Shown piece after piece: positions 26,201 to 33,812 of a stretch of DNA of 42,165 nt (position 1 is the first letter of the stretch; every line of letters begins with the position of its first letter). The stretch comes from Planctomycetota bacterium (GTDB taxonomy: Bacteria > Planctomycetota > Planctomycetia > JALXBF01): the NCBI GenBank assembly GCA_026991575.1, contig JALXBF010000151.1:1-42165 (forward strand). The letters run 5' to 3'. The position numbers were made by a program, and so were the translations under genes. The notes under the pieces were generated by a model. That model saw only the letters and a list, made by a program, of their open reading frames with translations. It was not told the origin of the DNA and did not search any database.

Positions 26201-27646
26201 TCACTTCAAGAGCCGGCTCTGACTGGAGCCACCGTGCCACAGGTCGTACCGCGGTTCGGCGTACCGGGCGAAGAACCGTAGCAGTTGCTCGTGCAACGCC
26301 TGCCGTTTCTTCGGCAGGCGGTCCCAGAGGTTTTGCGACTCGTCCGGATCGCGGCTCACGTCATACAGCTCATGTGGTCCGGAAGGGTACCGGTAGACGT
26401 ACTTCCACCGCCTGGTCCGCACCGCCCGCACGTGCTGGTACTCCATATAGACTGCGTCGTGACCTCCCGCATCGGCTCGCCCCTCCAGTAGCGACCGCAG
26501 GCTCCGGCCCGGACGAGCCCGGTTGTCGCGCCAGGCCTGCCCCAGCCCGCAGTAGTCCAGGATCGTGACCGGCACGTCGTAAATCGAGACCAGCTCGCCG
26601 CAGCGGCGTGCAGGCGGGATCCTGCCGGGCTGCGACCAGATCATAGGAATGCGCAACATGCCATCGCGCAGCGTGAACGGCCGGGTGTGGTCGCCCATCC
26701 CCCAAAACCCCCCTTGCCCTCCGACCCAACCCTGGTCCGCCAGATAGACAACAACCGTCCGGTCGCGCAGACGGAGCTCCTCAAGCGTCGCCAGCACCCG
26801 CCCCACGCCATCATCCACACCGCTGGTCTCGGCAGCCACCCGCCGGATTGCCTGGATGTTGTTCAAGTACTCGCGGTTGTTGTAGAGCCACGGATGCGGC
26901 GGGCGCCTGGGAAACGACAGCAGCCGTTTGTCCGCGTAGTAGCGGGCATGGCGGTTTCGTGCGGGGCGCAAAAGATGACGGCCCAGACCATACGGACCGT
27001 TGTACGCCAGCAGCAAGAAGAACGGGCGGCCCCCGCCTGCAACTTGCTTCAGGAACCGCACCGCGTGATCCGTCCAGAAGTCGGTCAGATAACCGGGCTC
27101 ACGCCGGATCTTGCCCCCTTCGATGACCTCCGCCCCGTAAAAGGTCGACGTGTGGCCGTGCGGCATCGTCACCCAGTAGTCGTCGAAGCCTTCCTGGGGC
27201 GTCAGGTTCGCACCCAGGTGCCATTTTCCCACCAGGCCACAGACGTAGCCGTGCTCCTTGAGGATTTCGCCCAGTGAGCGGAACGCCGCCAACGTGCTCC
27301 TGGCCTGGGGCCCGATCTGAAGCCTGCCGCTGACCAGGTAGGAGTGCACGCCGTGCTGGGACGGCATCAGCCCGGTCAGGAGCGTTGCTCGGTTGGGCGA
27401 GCAGACGGGGTTACAGGCGTAGGCCTGCTCGAAGAGGATCCCTTCGGCCGCCAGCCGATCGATGTTCGGGGTGCGAATGTCAGGATTGCCGTAACAGCCC
27501 AGTGTCCAAGCCCCCTGGTTATCGGTGAGGATGACCAGCACGTTGGGCATTCGCTGCAAGCGGTCCGCCGCCTGGGCCAGACCGCCGAGGACCAGTAGCG
27601 TAAGCGCCCCCAGGAGGCGGGCAGCAACGAGGCGAACGGCACACAA
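26201..27646 (-). CDS. Formylglycine-dependent sulfatase (S1), secreted
   Basis: PNVLVILTD, TPNIDRLA, CSPNRATLLTG (CxPxR), GKWHLG, ELYD..DP.E..NL. Start uncertain; TTG 27646 gives a plausible signal peptide and avoids overlap with hemL. Confidence 0.92.
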   Translation of the reverse strand: MCAVRLVAARLLGALTLLVLGGLAQAADRLQRMPNVLVILTDNQGAWTLGCYGNPDIRTPNIDRLAAEGILFEQAYACNPVCSPNRATLLTGLMPSQHGVHSYLVSGRLQIGPQARSTLAAFRSLGEILKEHGYVCGLVGKWHLGANLTPQEGFDDYWVTMPHGHTSTFYGAEVIEGGKIRREPGYLTDFWTDHAVRFLKQVAGGGRPFFLLLAYNGPYGLGRHLLRPARNRHARYYADKRLLSFPRRPPHPWLYNNREYLNNIQAIRRVAAETSGVDDGVGRVLATLEELRLRDRTVVVYLADQGWVGGQGGFWGMGDHTRPFTLRDGMLRIPMIWSQPGRIPPARRCGELVSIYDVPVTILDYCGLGQAWRDNRARPGRSLRSLLEGRADAGGHDAVYMEYQHVRAVRTRRWKYVYRYPSGPHELYDVSRDPDESQNLWDRLPKKRQALHEQLLRFFARYAEPRYDLWHGGSSQSRLLK

Positions 27647-27719
27647 GCTGAGCGTCGATCGGCCATGGAATACGGCTGCGGCAACAGCGGCGGTGGCGTC
27701 AGCTACTGGATGGGCCGGC

Positions 27720-29018
27720 TCACGGCAGTGCGGCAAACACAGCGCGGGCCGCCTCGATGGTGGCGTCGATGTCTGCATCCTCGTGCGCCGTGCTCACGAA
27801 GTTCGCCTCAAACTGGCTGCAGGGCAGGTAGACGCCGCGCTCGAGCATCCCCCGGAAATACGCGGCAAACCGGTCCGTGTTCGCTTCGAGCGCATCGGCG
27901 TAGTTGCGTACGGGTCCGGAGCGGAAAAAGAGGGTGAACATGCTGCCGACTCGCTGGATCACGTGTTCCACGCCTGCTTCTTCAGCGGCGGCCTGCAGCC
28001 CGGCGCAGAGCCGTTCGGTCTTGCGGTCCAGGGCTGCGTAGGGGTTTGTGTCGCGCAGGACACGCAGGGTCGCGGCCCCGGCAGCCATCGCGAGCGGATT
28101 GCCCGACAGGGTGCCGGCCTGGAAGACCTTTCCTTCCGGCAGCAGCTTGCTCATGATTTCGCGTCGACCACCGAACGCGCCGACCGGAAGCCCACCTCCG
28201 ACGATCTTGCCCAGCACGGTCAGATCGGGCTGGATGCCGAGCAGGCTCTGAGCACCACCATAGGCCACTCGAAAACCGGTGATCACCTCATCAAAGATCA
28301 GGACCGAGCCGTATTGGGCAGTCAGGGAACGGACCGCCTGGAGGAACTCCCGGTCGGCCGGGACCACGCCCATGTTGCCCGCAATCGGCTCCAGAATCAC
28401 CGCAGCGATCTGGCTGCCGTACTGCTTGAACGCTTGGCGTAACGCGTCGCTGTCGTTGTACGGTAGCAGAAGCGTGTCGCGTGTGCAGCCCTCGGGCACC
28501 CCCGGACTGGAAGGGGCACCGAGCGTCGTGGCGCTGGAACCGGCCTGAACCAGCAGCGCGTCCACGTGACCGTGGTAGCACCCGGCGAACTTCACGATCT
28601 TGTCCCGGCCCGTGTAGCCGCGGGCCAGGCGGATCGCGCTCATCGAGGCTTCGGTCCCGGAGTTCACAAACCGGACCTGTTCGATCGAAGGCACGGCCTC
28701 GACCACCAGCTCGGCCAGCTCGTTCTCCCATCGGGTCGGAGCCCCGAAGGTGGTGCCGTGCCGGAGCACTTCCTCGATGGCAGCGATGACGGCAGGATGA
28801 CGGTGGCCGAGGATAAGTGGTCCCCACGAGGCAACGTAGTCGATGTACCGGTTGCCGTCGACGTCCCACAGGTAGCAACCGTCGCCGCGGTCCACCACCA
28901 CGGGCTGGCCACCGACCGCACCGAAGGCCCGGGCGGGGCTGTTGACCCCCCCAGGCATCAGGGTGCATGCACGAGCAAAGATCCGCCGGCTGCCCTCACG
29001 GCTACGCTCTGGCATCAC
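27720..29018 (-). CDS. hemL: Glutamate-1-semialdehyde 2,1-aminomutase
   Basis: PGGVNSPARAF, SWGPLILGH, RFVNSGTEA, FAGCYHGHVD, FDEVITGFR, GKIVGGGLP, QAGTLSGNP, SQFEA. Confidence 0.97.
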   Translation of the reverse strand: MMPERSREGSRRIFARACTLMPGGVNSPARAFGAVGGQPVVVDRGDGCYLWDVDGNRYIDYVASWGPLILGHRHPAVIAAIEEVLRHGTTFGAPTRWENELAELVVEAVPSIEQVRFVNSGTEASMSAIRLARGYTGRDKIVKFAGCYHGHVDALLVQAGSSATTLGAPSSPGVPEGCTRDTLLLPYNDSDALRQAFKQYGSQIAAVILEPIAGNMGVVPADREFLQAVRSLTAQYGSVLIFDEVITGFRVAYGGAQSLLGIQPDLTVLGKIVGGGLPVGAFGGRREIMSKLLPEGKVFQAGTLSGNPLAMAAGAATLRVLRDTNPYAALDRKTERLCAGLQAAAEEAGVEHVIQRVGSMFTLFFRSGPVRNYADALEANTDRFAAYFRGMLERGVYLPCSQFEANFVSTAHEDADIDATIEAARAVFAALP

Positions 29019-29057
29019 TTGCCGCTCACCTCCGTACCACGACTAGCCCCCCGGATC

Positions 29058-30644
29058 CTACCGCTTGGCCACCTGCGGGCCGTTCTCCGGCGGCAGCTCT
29101 TCGGAGAGCGGATCGAACCACTCCTTCTTGAACTCGATCCGCGACTCGGTGTCCATTGCCAGGTTCCCCACCAGAGCAATCACGGCATCGGCCAGGCCGA
29201 CGTCCCCGTTGCAGCGGTGGGCACGGTAGAGCTCATCGAAGCTGGCATCGTTGTAGGAACGAATGAGGTAAGCGAGGTGCTCGAGTTCTTCGCGGTAGCC
29301 CCGGCTGAGCCGGCCCTGGGCCACGGCAGCCCGAGCCGCGGCGACGTCGACCGTGCCGGGCTGAGTGGCGGTCGAATCGAGTACCGGCTCATTGGCCGGC
29401 CCTCGGCTGACCGTCACGTACGTACTCCGCGGCGGTGTGCCGCCGGGACGTCGTTCAGGGAACAGGTAGACCTCTTGCTCCTGGGCCAGGATCAGCGTGC
29501 CGCGCGTGCCGTAGATCGTCTCACCATAAGGCTCGAACGCGTTGGTGTTGATGGACGAGTAGGTGACGACGCGCACGTCATCGCGATTGCGGACGGAGCC
29601 GTCTTCGCCGAAATACTCTTCGCCCGGGAACTCATAGATCAAGAACACATGGTCGTCCACTTCGCGGTCGTCCTTGTAGAACGACTTCACCCCCACACCA
29701 CTGACGGCCACCGGGTGCACGCCGCCCAGGAAGATGCTGCAGGCGTCCAGCTGATGGCTGCCCAGCTCCACCAGCAGGCCACCGCCCGTACGGCGGTATA
29801 GCCGCCATCGAACCAGCTCCTCTAAGCTGCGGTAGCCCCACTTCTTGGGATCGATCTGGCGGTCCTCTTCCGGAATCGGCCGCCGCCAGCTGTCGCGCAG
29901 CACCGGAATGCCGTTCTCCATCTTCGGAACCAGCTTGCCCGTCTTTGGATCCTTCACGTAGACGGGCCATGTGTTGTTGCGGTGCCAGAGCGCGCGGATG
30001 TGCCGGATGTCGCCGAGCACGCCGCTGCGTAGCACGCTGACCGCGTGGTCGTACAACAAGCTGTAATGGCGCTGGTGTCCGACGGCCAACAACCGCTTCT
30101 CCTGCCGGGCAACACGGCACATCTCCTTGGCCTGGCTGACCCGACGGGCCATCAGTTTCTCGGTGAAGACATGCTTGCCGGCCTTCATCGCGTCGATGGC
30201 CACCGGGGCGTGCAGGTGGAGCGGCAGCGCGATGACGACCAACTCAATGTCCGGATCGGCCAGCAGCCGGCGGTAGTCTTCGTGGTAGTCCTTGGAGCGT
30301 TCCTCGATCTTCTTAGCGGTTTCAACCCCGTACTTTCGCTTGAAACCGATCCTGGCGTTGTTCCCCTCGCCCTCCATCGTGCGGCGTCGGTTGGACGGGC
30401 GGATATCACAGTAGGCGATGAATTCCAGGTACTCAGGGTTACTTTCCGTGATCAGGATGTTGCCCTGGTCGCCCGTGCCGATGATGCCTGCCCGTACCGG
30501 CCGGTTCGGTTTCTCATAGCCAAAGTAAAATGCCCCGGCTGCGGGCAAGGCGAGCGCAGCCTTGAGGAAGTCGCGTCGGGTAAAGCCGACGACAGTTTCA
30601 AAGTTGCGCTGACCACGGAGTTTTTCTTCAGGCGTCAATACCAT
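29058..30644 (-). CDS. Tat-exported Gfo/Idh/MocA-family oxidoreductase
   Basis: TRRDFLK, GIIGTGDQG, GKHVFTEK, VGHQRH, WRLY...GGGLLVELGSHQLD; GAGGTG RBS before ATG 30644. Confidence 0.92.
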   Translation of the reverse strand: MVLTPEEKLRGQRNFETVVGFTRRDFLKAALALPAAGAFYFGYEKPNRPVRAGIIGTGDQGNILITESNPEYLEFIAYCDIRPSNRRRTMEGEGNNARIGFKRKYGVETAKKIEERSKDYHEDYRRLLADPDIELVVIALPLHLHAPVAIDAMKAGKHVFTEKLMARRVSQAKEMCRVARQEKRLLAVGHQRHYSLLYDHAVSVLRSGVLGDIRHIRALWHRNNTWPVYVKDPKTGKLVPKMENGIPVLRDSWRRPIPEEDRQIDPKKWGYRSLEELVRWRLYRRTGGGLLVELGSHQLDACSIFLGGVHPVAVSGVGVKSFYKDDREVDDHVFLIYEFPGEEYFGEDGSVRNRDDVRVVTYSSINTNAFEPYGETIYGTRGTLILAQEQEVYLFPERRPGGTPPRSTYVTVSRGPANEPVLDSTATQPGTVDVAAARAAVAQGRLSRGYREELEHLAYLIRSYNDASFDELYRAHRCNGDVGLADAVIALVGNLAMDTESRIEFKKEWFDPLSEELPPENGPQVAKR

Positions 30645-30765
30645 CGCGATCACCTCTTTGCGTGCCAGAGCCTTGCTCACTCACCCTCGCGGCGCACTTG
30701 GGCGCCGCCCGCATCGGGCCGGGGAACTAACCCATCCATGGCATTCTAGTTGCGATTGTCGATCG

Positions 30766-31800
30766 CTACCCGGGCCGCCTCACCGGCTCCGGCCTCGGAC
30801 GCACGACCGCATCGTCCACTTTGCCGAAGATCCGATAGGCCAGCCGGCGCGTGATCAGACCACGGATGAGGGCATCGAGTCCGATCCAGCGGCCCGTGGG
30901 GGTTGTGGCCAGGACCAGTGCCGCCAGGGCCTCGATCAGCTCTTTGTTCACGATCATGTAGCTGCCGCCGTCTGGCGAAATCACCGGCAGGCCAGGCCAG
31001 GGCGGATGCGCCAGGTAGACGCTCAACAGAAACGCCGCCGCCCCCAGCGACGCCAGCCGACTGAACAAACCGACCAGCATGCATGCGCCGATGACGGTCA
31101 GCCCGTACATGACGGCGAGGTTGATGCGGCCAAGGGGATCGTCCGGCAGCGGCCAGACCACCAGCCAGAACGCCCACCAGGGCTTCTGCTGAGCCGCCTG
31201 CCGCTGCTGGTCCGTGACCAGGCTCTCCAGATGCCGCTCCAGCTGCTCTGTCCAACCGTCCACCCACTTGAACAGCTGCTCCCCTTTCTCGCGCGCCGCC
31301 TGTCGCAGCTGCTGCAGCTGCGTAGCGCCCCATTCGACCCACTTCCCCTGCTCCAGCTGGCGCTGCTCGTGTTCACGGATCCGGTCCACCAGCGCGCGGT
31401 AGTCCTCAATTTCCTGTTGCACCGCCTCGTCCGCAAAGAACTCCTCGACCTTCGCACGCAACTGCTCAAGCTTTGCCTCTGCCTGCCCGACCTGTTCGGG
31501 CGAGAACCCGTACCGGCGGGCATAGCGGTCGATCATCTCCCGCCAGGATGCCAGCAGCGACTCCTTCTCCAGCTTTCTCAGACCATATGGGTCAGGCACA
31601 AACTGCACGTAGTACTGACGGAACGGGCCGGTGGCAGAAGCCAGGAACGGTTCGGCGGTGAATGGCCGGCGGGCATCGGACGGGTTGCGGTACGAGTCGA
31701 GCTTGGTGAGGCCTTCATAGAGGAAATGCCAGCCAATCGCAACGCGCAGCAGGATCAGGAAGAACGCAGCCAGAATCCCAATCCGAATGCCCTTGGTCAC
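30766..31800 (-). CDS. DoxX/DoxD-family membrane protein with large extracytoplasmic helical insertion
   Basis: LRVAIGWHFLYEGLTK, GACMLVGLFSRLA, YLAHPPWPG, VNKELIE, GLD; long charged helical loop between TM1 and TM2; GTG start at 31800. Confidence 0.85.
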   Translation of the reverse strand: MTKGIRIGILAAFFLILLRVAIGWHFLYEGLTKLDSYRNPSDARRPFTAEPFLASATGPFRQYYVQFVPDPYGLRKLEKESLLASWREMIDRYARRYGFSPEQVGQAEAKLEQLRAKVEEFFADEAVQQEIEDYRALVDRIREHEQRQLEQGKWVEWGATQLQQLRQAAREKGEQLFKWVDGWTEQLERHLESLVTDQQRQAAQQKPWWAFWLVVWPLPDDPLGRINLAVMYGLTVIGACMLVGLFSRLASLGAAAFLLSVYLAHPPWPGLPVISPDGGSYMIVNKELIEALAALVLATTPTGRWIGLDALIRGLITRRLAYRIFGKVDDAVVRPRPEPVRRPG

Positions 31801-31879
31801 GGAAGCAACCCTCCGAGGAGCGTTCGCCAGGCCGGGTGGGATGTCGGCGGGCACGAGGCGGACTGGCCCAAACCACGAT

Positions 31880-32968
31880 TCAACAGTTAAAGTCTAACGA
31901 CTCGCGGCTGACTGGGCCAAGAGCGCATAGCTCCAGCCGCTCACTCCCAGTGGTGACCTCGCCGTCGGACCAGACCAGAATAGCACTCAGCTCAGGATGC
32001 CGGGCGCAGAAAGCCTCAGCAGCTTCACGTCCCATGACCAGCAAGGCCGTCGCCAGAGCATCCGCCGTAGCGGCATCCGGCGCGATAACCGACGCCTGCA
32101 ACAGCCCTTCGGCGGGCCAGCCCGTTCGCGGGTCAAGCACGTGCCCGTACCGCCGACCGCGATCGTCGACGAAACGGATCAGGTTGGAAGCGGTTCCGAG
32201 CGCCTCGTTGCGGAGCGACACAGTGACCAACCGACGCTTCGGGTCAAGCGGGTTGGCAATCCCGACACGCCAGCCGTCCGCAGCAGGGCTGCCAACGGCC
32301 AACACGCTGCTGGCACCACCTTGAAGCAACACCGGCAACTCTCCCGCCAGGGTCCGTATTCGCCACGCCGCCCGGTCCAGTGCGTAGCCCTTCCCGATGC
32401 TGCCAAAGTTCAACTGGACCCCGTCCTTAAGGAAACGCACCGTGCGCCGCTCTCGGTCCAACGCCACCCAGCGGCTGCCCGATCGGCTCATGGCATCGGC
32501 AAGCTCCCCGGCATCGGGCACACGGCGCGGCCCGTGCACGAAGCCCCAGGCGTGGATTACGCTGCCGATTGCCACGTCAAACGCCCCATCCGTCTGTCGG
32601 TAAAGCGCCAAGCTCTGCTCCAGCAGCTCGTACAATTCGGCTGACACGGGCACAGCCTGCCCTGCAGCCGCTCGATTCACGCGGGCAACCTCGCTGCGAT
32701 CGTGGTAGACCGTGAGGCGGTTTTCCAGTTCTTCGATCAGGTCCAGTGCCGCGGTGGCTACGTCGACGGCGCCGCCGGCGGCCGCGGGCATACAGATACT
32801 GAATGTCGTTCCCATTGCGTACCGGCTGACGCGCAGCAATTCCAGTTCGGGCTCTGCTCCAGTTGCTCCCGAACCGATTGCCTCGTTCACTGCACCGCGT
32901 ACGGCTTCGAGCAGAGCCTTGCCGCGGAGAAAGTCCCGCCGGGTTGGTCGACGTGTCGAGTCGCTCAT
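31880..32968 (-). CDS. apbE: FAD:protein FMN transferase ApbE
   Basis: AMGT, SEVARVN, TDGAFDV, LNFGSIGKGYALD, WRVGIANP, YGHVLDPRTGWP, ADALATA; N-terminal TRRDFL. Confidence 0.95.
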   Translation of the reverse strand: MSDSTRRPTRRDFLRGKALLEAVRGAVNEAIGSGATGAEPELELLRVSRYAMGTTFSICMPAAAGGAVDVATAALDLIEELENRLTVYHDRSEVARVNRAAAGQAVPVSAELYELLEQSLALYRQTDGAFDVAIGSVIHAWGFVHGPRRVPDAGELADAMSRSGSRWVALDRERRTVRFLKDGVQLNFGSIGKGYALDRAAWRIRTLAGELPVLLQGGASSVLAVGSPAADGWRVGIANPLDPKRRLVTVSLRNEALGTASNLIRFVDDRGRRYGHVLDPRTGWPAEGLLQASVIAPDAATADALATALLVMGREAAEAFCARHPELSAILVWSDGEVTTGSERLELCALGPVSRESLDFNC

Positions 32969-33250
32969 CGGACCTGCCACATTCAAGTTGTCCCTATTGC
33001 CAAATTATCCGATCCACCTCCGCAGCAGGTCCTCCCCGCAATCCTCGCACGGCACGGCCCACCGCCGCGTTCGGCCGAGCCGCGCCGGCTTTCGGTCCAG
33101 TCCCACCGCCGACGTCGAGGTCCGGAAGCAACGGGCTGCAGCTCGCCATGCCAGAGGCTGCCTCGCCGGCGGTCGAACGCTCGCAAGTGGCAGGGGCTGG
33201 CAAGGTGCGTCCTTCGGTCGCGCAAGGGCCGAATCTGACACTGGTTGACA

Positions 33251-33278
33251 TTGACAGGGACGGCCCGTGGAGTAAGAT
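33251..33278 (+). promoter_or_regulatory. sigma70-type promoter TTGACA-N16-TAAGAT for the Cys-rich ORF/cusBA unit
   Basis: Tandem TTGACATTGACA at 33245-33256 and TAAGAT at 33273-33278, about 30 nt before the GTG at 33307. Confidence 0.6.
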
Positions 33279-33306
33279 TCAGTGAACGCTACGAGAGGTT
33301 CCGCTC

Positions 33307-33708
33307 GTGATACGCACCTGGCTGCGTTGTGCACTGGTTGCTCTGTTGGCCTTCGCGCCGGTCCCCTGCAGTGGGGAGTGCAGCTGCTGTGCGCAGCGCG
33401 ATCCGGGAGCCGGCCTTCCCGAACTGTCCGGCACGTCTGGTTGTTGCCGCCCCGACTATGGCGTCCAGCTCCAGCGGCAGCATTGCGAATGCGACAACTT
33501 CAGGGTGCGTGACCGTGCCCGCGTTGAGCGGAATGACACGCTGACCATTTGCCACCAGCTCTCTGCGATGACGGCTGTGTGGTCTTGCTCTACGCCTGGC
33601 GCGTGCACCGAAGATGGCTGCGGCCAAGCCAGGCATGATGGCCCGAACCAACTCGCGCAGCTCGGTCACACTGAGATCCGCTTGGTCATCTCCTCGCTAC
33701 TGCTCTAA
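33307..33708 (+). CDS. Small Cys-rich exported protein upstream of metal efflux genes (possible metal-binding or leader protein)
   Basis: GAGAGG RBS, hydrophobic N-terminus, 13 Cys including CSCC, CC and CEC, hydrophobic C-terminal end IRLVISSLLL. Confidence 0.65.
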   Translation: MIRTWLRCALVALLAFAPVPCSGECSCCAQRDPGAGLPELSGTSGCCRPDYGVQLQRQHCECDNFRVRDRARVERNDTLTICHQLSAMTAVWSCSTPGACTEDGCGQARHDGPNQLAQLGHTEIRLVISSLLL

Positions 33709-33812
33709 CCTTCTCCTGCGCACTGTCGGCACGACGGTCGGTGCCCCTGCGCACCGTAGCATGGTTCGTTGAGCATTTCGCTAGCCGGTCATCGATACCC
33801 CGGAGCAGCGCC

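Noticed and set aside
27647..27778. Extended sulfatase N-terminus overlapping hemL, or a frameshifted start from the ATG near 27666
   Set aside because: In-frame TTG at 27646 already gives a normal signal peptide; no evidence for a frameshift.
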